From assembly GCA_965202585.1 (NCBI GenBank), contig OZ241830.1:39308001-39372000 (forward strand): a stretch of DNA of 64,000 nt, given 5' to 3'. The notes beneath the pieces were generated by a model that saw nothing but the letters and a program-made list of their open reading frames with translations, ran no database searches and had not been told where the DNA came from. The translations under genes and the position numbers were made by a program. The DNA is from Thalia democratica (Eukaryota). Positions 27,301 through 37,360 of the stretch are shown here, one piece after another (the first letter of the stretch is position 1; each line of letters begins with the position of its first letter).

Positions 27301-30300
27301 CGCAAGCTCCACTTCATTGAACAAGTCAGTTGCTGTTTGTTAAATAGATGTTAAGGTGATGCTTTTTTAAGTATATATGCAGATATTTTTTGCTTATAAT
27401 TTTGATTTGTAAAATGGTGTTCTTGTTTTTAGTTTACTCAATTTAAACTAATGTTTGCCACAAAGAAAGACTTTCTCACAAAACCTGGCCCAAAACCACG
27501 ATTTTTTAAACAAAATTTAGATCTTAAACTTTATAGGTTGCCCATGCAACGAATAAAATTTTTACAAATAAAACCATTTTATAGTAAACATTTGTGTTCA
27601 CGCATCATTTTTTTTAGATTTCATCAGAAGAAGGAATCGGAACTCACGCCGAGAATGTTCTCGAAAAACTAATGGACCACCCGGATGTTGAAAAATTAAT
27701 CAAAAAGGTATTTTGCTCGTTATTTGCAAAGTTAAACTCGACTGTATAAAATAATGTGTTACAGGCAAGACGCGAGACTCGCATGGAAAAGAGGAAGAAA
27801 GCGATGGCAAAACGCAAGAAGGAAATGGATGCTCTGAATACTGTGAAAAGTGTGAGTTTTAAATGTTGCATATACTTTATATATGTACCACAAACGCTTT
27901 TTATCATGATGAATTTCACAGACATTTTCTCAATCCGCCCTGCTTCAAAAGATGTCTCAGATGAAAGAAGAAACTGGGCTCACGTGCATCATTTGCAGGG
28001 AAGGGTATCAATGCGAACCTAAAAAAGTTTGTCTTACTACATGTCAATATTTTGAAGACATTTTTCAATTTGAAACATTTGTTAACTCAAATAAATTTTG
28101 ATCAACTATCAACATCACTGTAATGAAAATTTAATCTCATTATGTTACTTATTATCATAGTTAAATAAAAAAAAATTAAGTAGATTTATTACGACATTTA
28201 TTTTATTCTACAATGTCGCTTTTTAGATGCGAAAATAACTAAATACAATTTCAAATGCACAATGTATTTTACAGGTGTTGGGAATATACACGTTTACGAA
28301 GCGGTGCGTTTTGGAAGAGCACGAAAACAAGACTCAAGGCAGAAAGAGCCAGGGATACTCGACAGTGTCGCACTTCAACGTCATTCATTTCGACTGTCAC
28401 ACTGCTGCTGTGAGTAAAAATAAAAGTAGTTTTTGTATATTTCCAGGACATTAGTATGGAAAGTTTTAGTGCAACTTCTATTAATAGTATTGTATTGATT
28501 CTTGTTAGTGCTGTCGCTAGATAGTAAGTTATTTGTTGTTTTTTCTTGTTGTATACGCCAGCATGAACACCAGGTTCGCAGTCAGAGGGGTCGTGAGGAG
28601 TGGGAATCCGCCACCCTGCAGAACACCAACACCAAATGCAACGGCCTTCTGCCCATGTGGGGACCGCAAGTCACCGAGTCCGCGTACGCCGCTTGTCTTG
28701 CCAGGTTACTATTAGTTTTATAACAACCAAAAGAATAAATAAACTAAGTTTTTGATCATTCCATAGCTAAATTTTACTTCTATTTTCAAAGGCACATTGT
28801 TAGTAGGATTGTCTTTAGGATAAAATGGCACTAAGCCAACTATTGAATAGCAAGCTTTTGTTAATATATAATTTTTACATAATATAATTTTTAGTTCTAT
28901 AACAACCATAAGAACAAATAAACTAAGTTTTTAATCATTCCATAGCTAAATTTTACTTCTATTTTCAAAGGCACATTGTTAGTAGGATTGTCTTTAGGAT
29001 AAAGTAGCACTTGACCTAAGCTAACTGTTAACTTACACAATCTAATTACATAATTTTCAAAGGCACAACACGTTCCTGCAAGAAGCGACGATGATGAACC
29101 GGGACCCGGACTTCCGCCTCGTCATGCACGACGTCAAGGCGCTGCTGTGGAAGTTCTCGCGCGACTCGTCGCTGAGCGAGGGGTGCGGGGGCGGGGGGAA
29201 GGAGTCGAACGTGCAGCTGGTCCCCCACCTCCTCTTCACCGCCCTGTACGTCGTCAACACGTAAGTTTCCTACAAGTTTGCTTGTTTCAAATTATGGGAC
29301 ACGATCGAAATCCACCCAGTCGAACTCGAGAACCGCTTACCGATAAGGGGTAACAGAGATAGTGCAAAACAAATAAAAAGTAAATAAAAAAATGCAAAAA
29401 ATATATAAATTAATAAATAAGGAAAATATTTAAAAAAAATGGGTGGATTTTGAACGCGGGTGGATTTTGAATAAAGTATACGTTTCGCGTTTTGTTGGAA
29501 AACATTGCAATGGTTTTTTTTCAACTTGAGAACTGTAGAGTTGACAGTTTTTTAAATTGTCAGTTTAATATTCAAATAGAACGCGCGGGCGAGCCAAGGA
29601 AGAAAAATCGTTGAAGGAATATTTCGAAGCGGACCAATCGGACTGGGCGTCGGGTTGCAACGAAGTTGACGGTCCATTGTATTACACCGCTCTCATGTGC
29701 GCGCTTCACGGCAAAAATGAGTGGAAAAACAGAAGGTAGTTGATACACGACTTTGTATCTCTTTACTACCCGTTGTAGTTTGTGATATGATAAGGTTATT
29801 TTATGATACTTATTTCAGATTGGTTTTCTTGAGAAGGTTGATTTTGCTTGCTCATGTGAGAAACAACAAGCAAAATTTGAAGGAAGTGCAGGAATATTCC
29901 GAATATAAACCATTTGTTATGTTTTGGGCGCTGGTTGACACCGTAGTCAACACGACTTTTCAAGTTGGTTATCCATAATTAAAGTTATAAGTTTGAACCA
30001 TATAGATTTTGAAAACCTTTTTTACAATAAAATAGTACGTAGATTTTGTCTTAAAAGTAACATAACCCCGTGTTGAGTTTTTTTAGCTTGGCATACAAAA
30101 TAACTCATGTTTAAAATGTAATATATAAATTAGAATTAAACAAATTTAACTTAACCTTCATCTACAAGTACTTTTAATAATATTTAAAACATGCAGTTTG
30201 CACCAGCTGATGCTAATGGTCAGCAAATTCAGGATTACATTCGTCATAATGACGCCCAACTCAAAATACAAGGAGAAAGTACTCTTGAATTATTTAATGT

Positions 30301-30604
30301 AAGTTGCTAAATTAAGTGTTTTTTCATTTAAGGTATTTAGTTTTGGTTGAACTTGAAATAATTTTCTTCCTATGATATGTTCTTCTCAGTTTTATATTTA
30401 TTCAAATGCTATTAAGAATTATTTAAAATCCTTAATTTTTATAGATTTTTTTTAATACATATTTTACAATAAAAGTGATGTTGAAAACAAAACTAATTTG
30501 TATTTTTACAGAACTTGATGTCTTGTCAAAGCGGTCAAGAAATTTTGGATAAATTGAAATTTGAAGGTGAAAGTTTTGATCAAATTGTTGCAAGCTCACT
30601 TTAA
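381..30604 (+). CDS. UBR4: UBR4/p600 E3 ubiquitin ligase, 3' part (5' end lies upstream of window), 73 coding exons
   Basis: Diagnostic motifs: UBR box ([58 protein letters not shown]), [111 protein letters not shown]. Hand-traced GT-AG exons with matching phases: 381-570, 844-1054, 1269-1380, 1638-1791, 2055-2202, 2471-2613, 2949-3115, 3283-3431, 3529-3607, 3898-4056, 4246-4463, 4655-4849, 5209-5385, 5516-5671, 5844-6051, 6182-6229, 6928-7145, 7345-7517, 7806-7902, 8115-8198, 8471-8538, 8598-8741, 9253-9405, 9475-9551, 9752-9907, 12642-12844, 13509-13677, 13887-13957, 14053-14167, 14585-14688, 14851-15078, 15146-15289, 15355-15486 (donor uncertain), 15714-15967, 16134-16261, 16496-16995, 17307-17439, 17566-17668, 17851-18056, 18236-18343, 18580-18716, 18923-19097, 19267-19385, 19621-19794, 20051-20176, 20436-20633, 20855-21068, 21186-21277, 21396-21525, 21846-21958, 22070-22224, 22374-22461, 22586-22721, 22871-23050, 23183-23304, 23494-23647, 23818-23945, 24208-24366, 25353-25523, 26166-26321, 26534-26670, 26834-27019, 27180-27324, 27618-27707, 27765-27851, 27922-28026, 28275-28409, 28574-28704, 29063-29260, 29580-29735, 29819-29963, 30197-30298, 30512-30604 (TAA). 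No in-frame stops under the standard code. Confidence 0.97.
1740..2202 (+). other. UBR4: UBR-box zinc finger of UBR4 (split over two exons)
   Basis: Cys/His pattern [34 protein letters not shown] across exons 1638-1791 and 2055-2202. Confidence 0.95.
10122..12547 (-). mobile_element. 5'-truncated, inactivated CR1/L2-group non-LTR retrotransposon in a UBR4 intron, antisense to the host
   Basis: RT motifs [52 protein letters not shown], and C-terminal [26 protein letters not shown]. One 1-bp deletion near 12212 (TGG to TG), in-frame stops at 11479-11481 and near 12422. (TAA)n tail at 10126-10147. Candidate 8-bp TSD TTAACTTG at 10114-10121 and 12548-12555. Confidence 0.93.
10370..10562. repeat. 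Degenerate ~24-bp tandem array in the LINE 3' region
   Basis: About 8 diverged copies of cgaacaactggtttcactttcatt. Confidence 0.75.
14246..14560. mobile_element. MITE-like palindromic repeat, copy 1 (fills most of a UBR4 intron)
   Basis: 14401-14445 is the reverse complement of the left arm at 48397-48440, and 14426-14550 aligns with 48523-48640 (acacacagaaac..aaggaaga.tactgt..ccagtgaacttgtttc.ctaggatcttt). Confidence 0.7.
14585..14688 (+). other. UBR4: UIM-like motif exon of UBR4
   Basis: [14 protein letters not shown] matches the ubiquitin-interacting-motif pattern (acidic run, A-x-x-x-S, acidic). Confidence 0.7.
25688..26060. mobile_element. Possible hAT-type non-autonomous element
   Basis: TIR-like caggattgcc and ggcaaccctg (9/10 match). 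No convincing TSD. Confidence 0.4.
27922..28409 (+). other. UBR4: C-terminal hemi-RING zinc module of UBR4
   Basis: TCIICREGY...[13 protein letters not shown], the CxxC plus HxxC half-RING of the UBR4 family. Confidence 0.85.
28722..29020 (+). repeat. 179-bp tandem duplication in a UBR4 intron
   Basis: Two near-identical copies of aataaactaagttttt.atcattccatagctaaattttacttctattttcaaaggcacattgttagtaggattgtctttaggataaa starting near 28725 and 28904. Confidence 0.9.
29296..29470. mobile_element. Small MITE-like inverted-repeat element
   Basis: aaatccaccc within 29307-29317 faces two tandem gggtggatttt copies at 29441 and 29458. Confidence 0.5.
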
Positions 30605-30732
30605 ACTTGCCTGTCTACTTATTTTGTATTTCGAATATTTTTTGTTCTTTTATAAGAAATGCTTGGTTGTCTTAATTTCTGTTATTTCAAAAAGTATTAA
30701 GTTTTTGCAACATATTTTTGCTTTACACGTTT

Positions 30733-30756
30733 AATAAAGAGTTGTTCAGAAATAAA
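30733..30756 (+). promoter_or_regulatory. Candidate polyadenylation signals for UBR4
   Basis: AATAAA at 30733 and 30751, 130-150 nt after the stop. Weak evidence in AT-rich DNA. Confidence 0.4.
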
Positions 30757-32005
30757 AGCCTGTAGTTTGAAGTAGAAATTTATTAGAGACGTATAATATT
30801 AGTTTACGTATACAATTACTTTGTTACATGATTTATACATTTTATTTTTAATAGTAGTTGTAAAGTTAAATATATGGGAATTTATTATTTACTTAAAATA
30901 TTCACAAAAAATATTTATTACTATCAACGTGTTTATAGTTTTTCAGTTAAATTGAAACTATATACTGGTTCTAAACCACATAAGGATAGTATTTATTTGT
31001 GTTGATGATCAGTTATTAATGATACCTTAAATACAAATTTCAAATAAGTACATTTTCATTTTATACTTTCTTCTTTAGTATGTAGCCTCTTTTTTGTATA
31101 TTGCAAATTAACTATGGAAAGTTAACACTGTAAAATCATATTAAATTTAATAATTAATGCTTACTTATCTAAAAAATAAGCCGGTAGACTTTTACGAGGT
31201 TTAAAATTAGTTTATATACATGAAGTCTTTTTTTTTTGAACTCCGGTTAGTAAATTTAACGCATTTTTTTGTAAGGATAGATGAAAAAAATATCTCTTTA
31301 AATTTACAACAAGTGATACAAAGCTACAGTTACTGAATTACATTTATTAAATCAGATACACTTGTATTAAAATGTAAAAATTAGTACTATTTCGTTAACT
31401 GCATAAAAATTTAGAAAAAATTGTTAATTGAACTGTAGAATATCTTAATTAGTTGAATAAAAAACAATAACTAAATTAATAAAGTTGGTCAGGTCTAATG
31501 ATGGTCTAATGTCAGTAACTTTGCAAAAAAAAGCCTTTTACCTTATACATCTTATAGTTGAACCCTAACTGTATATCTAAATATAATTTGAACTAAATAC
31601 AGGATTTATGATACTCGATGGAAAAAAGTTAATCAACCCAATTATTCTAAATTCAGACTGAGTTCGAACTCCAAGTCAGTTGGTTATCATTAATTTAGCG
31701 AATAGTTTTAGACGTAGACAAACCAAATGTAAAATGATAAAATCTTAAATATATTTTTTAATTAATATCAGCAAAATAAAATTTAAGAACAAAAGCCTCT
31801 AATAAAAACAAAACTTTTAAGTACTGCATAATCAAGTTTTTTGCTATTTTGGATTTCCATACCAAATCTGAGAATCTAACGTTTTACGTACATGCTAATG
31901 TAGAATTTGAAAATGTTTATTTTTATAGTTTTGCAGCATTTAAATAAACTTAATCACAAAATATAAACCAAATTATGTTTGAGAAGTTATAGAAATGGAA
32001 ACTTT

Positions 32006-32900
32006 CATCTTGAAATCAATAAGTATAAAGCCAAGATCCTAGCGCATTTAAAACCCCAAACCTATTTTTAAAATCCATTTACAACAGAAGTTATGACAGT
32101 TGGCGCGAAATGATTTGAAGAACTTTCGAATAAGAAATATTTTGATATCTTTCAAAATTGAACCATCAAACAAAAAGCCTTAAAAAATGTATCCAATTAC
32201 TTTAAAGTATTCAATAACACAAAACAAAAATTTAAATCTTTATTTAATAAAACAATTTTGTCAACTTTTCTATCGGTTGTTAATGTAGTAAGCAAAAAGA
32301 AAATGAATTTTTTGTGCAAGTTAGAGATATAAATCTATATATTTCTTGAAACCTTACAGCTAATACATTTAAAAGTTATCAAAAATATTTCAAGTAAATC
32401 CTAGTAATGTTTTTTAACTTTTTAAGACAGCTTTATTCAATGTATTCTTTGAAACTAAACTAAAATTCCAATTTTTAAGTTTAATTGATTAGTCTCAATA
32501 GAAAAAGTTTTTTTTTTATGATCAAAATTTTATATTTAGCAACTAATAGATCTTCACATGCTGTTACAACATGAAAGTCATAAAAATATAATTTTATTTT
32601 AATTTTAGAGTTTTGACTGAACATTATTTTGTAATTTGGTCAGTAAAACATTTGAAGGAACACAATTTCTAACTTTTGTCTTTATCTTTTTTTTTCATAA
32701 AAGTTTTTACTGATAAAAATATTTTCAATAGATATAAGATCATTGAATTTCTACAAAATTTTACTCCCTATGTCTAGTTCAGCGTTATTCTAAACCACTG
32801 CATGTATTTAATCACTACGTTCTAATTTTGTTGCAAAAACGTTAAGTTAGCTAACAAAATACTTATTAATGAACAGTTTTTTTATCACACATTTTTAGAC
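32006..32900 (+). repeat. ~900-bp dispersed repeat, copy A
   Basis: Collinear with 45634-46563 over its whole length, e.g. aataagtataaagccaag.tcctagcgcatttaaaacc and ccatttacaacagaagttatgacag.tggcgcgaaatgatttgaagaac. No ORF. Confidence 0.9.
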
Positions 32901-33286
32901 TTTCAATGTGTAAATTTTAGTAACGAACTCACTACCTGTTTAATTTTTTTCTCCTAACTATCTGTAGTGCCTATGTTCTGTTAACAAACACACCCTTAAA
33001 GTATGATAACATTTTATTTTTAAACAGAAACTTGCAACATTATGCATTAAATGCTCAGTGGATCATTTACTAATTTGCTTTACAGTCTGAACCTTTATTT
33101 TACCTAGTTTACACAAAAACACAACTGTAGTTTTCAAGTTATATAAATTTATATACCAATATTTCAGTTGTAATACTGTAAAAAAGCATTTAACAACATA
33201 ATAGATCTACATACAATAAAGAAAAAAGTTAGCAAAAAACATTGCATAATATAAATATATATATTTTCAATAAGTAATAACAGCTT

Positions 33287-33908
33287 TCATTCTTCTACAC
33301 TGAAATCTTCTACACTGAAATCTTCTTCTAGAAAGTTCGTCCTAACAAAAATTTAATTGAAATTAATTACTACTAAGAATAGATGCTAAAATATAAATAT
33401 GATGATTGTAGCTAGTTGATTGCTTTTTAACTTAAAAAATTTATTTTAATAATCTGTAAAAAAATCGTTTCTTTTACTTACTGTGCGTATAACAGAACTT
33501 TTTCTAAAATCATCACTCCAAGTAACATAAAGAGTATCAGCAGACCAACATTAATTGGATCATCACTTAAAAGGTAGAATATCATACACGCCAACTGAGG
33601 TGAGTTCTGTAGTTCAGAAACAACACCGTGCTTAAACCTTGTCAACAGGTAGAAAATTGCTTCAATAAATTGTCTTCTTACGCCTTTTCTAATACGAAAC
33701 CTGTAGAAAACTATATTTATTATAAAATAAAAGTTTTTTTATTTTAATTTTGATTTCTTTATTCTCGTACAACAAGTTTAATTCTTTAAATAAGTAAAAT
33801 TTCTTAAAGTAGTCCAAACTTACCCCACGTTGCAAACTCCACAGTAAGTCTGGTTCGATATCAACCCCCATTGTTTTATGCAAGCCTGGTGTACGTGTTG
33901 CATAGTCC
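33287..33908 (-). CDS. MARCH-like RING-CH membrane E3 ligase, minus-strand paralog (first RING half not found)
   Basis: Exons 33908-33824, 33700-33482 and 33341-33287 splice in phase to GTMQHVHQACIKQWGLISNQTYCGVCNVGFRIRK...PINVGLLILFMLLGVMILEKVLLYAQTNFLEEDFSVEDFSVEE*. The VH..C...W....C..C is the second half of a C4HC3 RING-CH, followed by a TM helix. Missed by the ORF track. Confidence 0.82.
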
Positions 33909-34052
33909 CTAAAAATTTGTTTTTATAGAAGGTTTTAAAATTGTAATTTCTAATGAATTATTTCAGTTGTGTAAATAATATTTTTATAGACTTACTAAAC
34001 TACCGAAATAGTTTTGAAAGAATATATAAATTTAGTTAAAGTCAATGTAGAT

Positions 34053-34577
34053 GGGAGCGGGTCAGAATGACACAGCGACAAAATGACACGGTCGTCAAAT
34101 AGACACGGTGCGTCATTTTGGCACAGCGACAAAATGACACGGTGAGTCACCTTGGCACGGTGCGTCAGTTTAGCACGGAGAGTCACTTTGACACGGCGAC
34201 AAAATGACACGGTGCGTCACTTTGGCACAGCGACAAAATGACACGGTGGGTCACTCTGGCACGGTGCGTCACTTTGGCACAGAGGGTCACTTTGACACAG
34301 CGACAAAATGACACGGTGCGTCACTTTGGCACAGAGGGTCACTTTGGCACAGCGACAAAACGACACGGTGCGTCACTTTGACACGGAGGGTCACTTTGGC
34401 ACAGCGACAAAACGACACGGTGCGTCACTTTGGCACGGAGGGTCACTTTGGCACAGCGACAAAACGACACGGTGCGTCACTTTGGCACGGAGGGTCACTT
34501 TGGCACAGCGACAAAACGACACGGTGCGTCACTTTGACACGGAGGGTCACTTTAGCACAGCGACAAAATGACACGGT
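34053..34577 (+). repeat. Minisatellite arm (left inverted repeat of a foldback-like element)
   Basis: Modular repeats of gacacggtgcgtcactttggcac, cggagggtcactttggcac and agcgacaaaat, starting gggagcgggtcagaatgacacagcgacaaaatgacacgg. Confidence 0.95.
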
Positions 34578-36828
34578 GGTTAATAAGGGAGGGAACGATT
34601 TGTTGTAAAACTTCAATCTTCATTGGTACGAACAACGATCTTGTTTTTTTAGGAAACTTTTCGGTTTTCTGTCTTCTCACCGGTTTTGTAGAATCAGCAA
34701 CAATCACATTGATTAACTTTAAAAACAAAGACCGCAGGAACTTTTGATTGTGACTTCATAAAATAAAGTGAAACACGTAATGTTTATACCTTCTATTGTC
34801 CATCGTTGTACTAATAAACAACATACTCATTTTTAAGCAGTAGCAAGGTGTAAGATGTGCTTAAAAACTGTGCTTAATAAACGACAAATAATTATTTGTA
34901 TCAAACAAAGTTCACAAAGATGCAAAAGCAGCAACTTTTTTAACAAAATACGACTGCCAAAGTTAAAAGGGAATTTATTTTTGATTTCTTTCGAATGGAA
35001 AAACTTAAACACAGTTTTGTACTAGAACTTGATACGAGTAATAAAAATTAAAAAATGACTTGCCATTTTACGACTAAAAAGATAAAACCTCATATAAACC
35101 TTTTTTTTAAATTTCAGCAACATTCTGATTTAAAAAATACAATCTACTTTTTAGATCAATCATTCAGCATTTCAAAACAATAAACTAGTAGGTGTTAACA
35201 CAGAGGATAATTTGTTTTATAAACTAAAACTCAGACGTTATCGAAAACAACTTTTTTGCTGTTGTAATTCTAAATTCTAATGCGGTTCTTATTTTTCGAT
35301 TTTATGCTTAAAAAAGTGATACTTGCGCTCTTTTGACGACTTAATAGCTGACAATTTTGAACTAAAATACTGCGTTTCCTGACGATTTACGTTAGTAGCA
35401 ACATCTTCAAAAAATCATTGTGCACTTGACTTAAAAGATCGAAATTTTACGCCTCTATGCGACTTTTGTTAGTTGCAACATATATCGTGCACTTAGAAGT
35501 AGAAGTATAATGCTCTTTCGCAAATAAAATTGTGCACCTAACACTAAAACTGCATAGATAAAAGTATAAGTACAAATAACCGCAAATAAATTAGTTTTTT
35601 TAGCAAAACATTCCATACACCAAGCATCTCTTTAAATAAAACTCAATAAACCACTATTACACACTTGTAATAGACTATTGTAGACTTGCTTTAACAAAGT
35701 ACAATTTTTCTTACTATTATAATACTAAAACTAATAGTATAAATGCTATTTAATTTATTAAATGCAAAAAAAATACTATAATATCTGTCATACTCTAAGT
35801 TTAATTCTTTATATTTTAGGCTACAAAGTTTTGTAAAAATTAAAAATACTTGAAGTATTAACTTTATTATAATTAATTAAATTGACGATAAACTTAACAT
35901 TTAATACACTATTTTTAAGAACAACTAATTTTGATTTATTAGGACTCAAGTTGTATAACCTCTAGTGCTTAATTTTCTTAAAAGTGATAAATATATAAAG
36001 GCGCATGAATAGTTGCATCAGACTCTTAATTTTCTCTCAACTGTTCATAATACTTTTTTTAACTTTTTCAAAAATATAGGCTCCAGGACCGTTTATTTTA
36101 ATTATTTGCTTTTAGACAAGTTTATTATACATTTTCAATACAGAGTTTTAAGTAAACATCCTAAGTTATTACCATTTGTTGAATTTTTTTTTTGTATGTT
36201 TTTGGAAATTTAGGACTTAACTTTAAAAGAATTTAGTTTTAACTGCACGTAATATATTGTTAAAGCATGTCATTAACGACTCGATAACTGAAATGTTCTT
36301 TGGTATAACTTTCGAGGGATAACCTTTTGTCGTTTAAAAACAGTAATAATAAAACTTTTATGTTTAAACAAACTACTAGGTTAAAATATTAAACATATTT
36401 AATATAACTGGCTAGATACTACAAAAGCAGCTAAACTCTGTATTTTCAAAAACTAGAGTTAAAACACGCATGACTTATTCTTACAACGAAATAACACTGT
36501 ATAAAATTAAATCTTAGTTATTTTTTATAACAATTCCTGATATTAATTAATTAAACGTTTAACAAAAAATACTAAATTTTATTCATTACATAAATATGAA
36601 AAGTTGTGAAACGTAAAAAAAAAAACTTAAGAATATTTTTGTTTTTATACTTGGACTTAAATTTTAAAGCATTGTATCATATATAGTTTCAAATGTATCA
36701 AGCTAATATAGTTTGGAAAAAATATAATAAATCTTTTGTTTAACTAATTACTATCAAAGTTTTACAATTAAAAGTTATATAACTGAAAAAGTTTAGTTTT
36801 GCTTATAAGTTTGTTTATCCATGCTATA

Positions 36829-37360
36829 GTGACGCGACGTGTCATTTTGTCGCTGTGTCAAAGTGACGTATCGTGTCATTTTGTCGCTGTGCCAAAGTGA
36901 CGCACCGTGTCGTTTTGCCGCTGTGCCAAAGTGACCCTCCGTGCCAAAGTGACGCACCGTGTCGTTTTTTCGCTGTGCCAAAGTGACCCTCCGTGCCAAA
37001 GTGACGCACCGTGTCATTTTGTCGCTAGGCCAAAGTGACCCTCCGTGCCAAAGTGACGCACCGTGTCGTTTTGTCGCTGTGTCAAAGTGACCCTCTGTGC
37101 CAAAGTGACGCACCGTGTCATTTTGTCGCTGTACCAAAGTGACGCACCGTGTCATTTTGTCGCCGAGCCAAAGTGACCCTCCGTGCCAAAGTGACGCACC
37201 GTGCCAAGGTGACGCACCGTGTCATTTTGTCGCTGTGCCAAAGTGACGCACTGTGTCATTTTGTCGCCGTGTCAAAGTGACCCTCCGTGTCAAAGTGACG
37301 CACCGTGCCAAAGTGACGCACCGTGTCATTTTGTCGCTGTGTCATTCTGACACCCTCCCC
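36829..37360 (-). repeat. Minisatellite arm (right inverted repeat)
   Basis: Reverse complement of the 34053-34577 array, ending ccgtgtcattttgtcgctgtgtcattctgacaccctcccc. Confidence 0.95.

Larger units (their letters stand above)
34053..37360. mobile_element. Foldback-like DNA element (~520-bp modular inverted arms, ~2.25-kb non-coding core)
   Basis: Two arms in inverted orientation with matching outer termini. No TSD and no intact ORF found. Confidence 0.7.

Noticed and set aside
31655-31685. gagttcgaactc palindrome resembling a tRNA T-arm/B-box
   Set aside because: No cloverleaf and no convincing A-box. At most a SINE remnant.
34066-34577. CRISPR-like repeat/spacer array
   Set aside because: Eukaryotic context, and the units are contiguous modules with no unique spacers.
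34590-34860. Possible decayed FLYWCH/MULE transposase in the foldback core
   Set aside because: Only an impressionistic resemblance with many stops. It needs an HMM search.
34800-34935. CCFC and LTPCYCL on the minus strand as the missing RING-CH exon
   Set aside because: Different frames with stops between them, no donor at the required position, and wrong Cys-to-His spacing.
33995-37155. ORFs such as MTRCVTLAQR... in the minisatellite arms
   Set aside because: Translations of stop-poor tandem repeats with no independent coding evidence.
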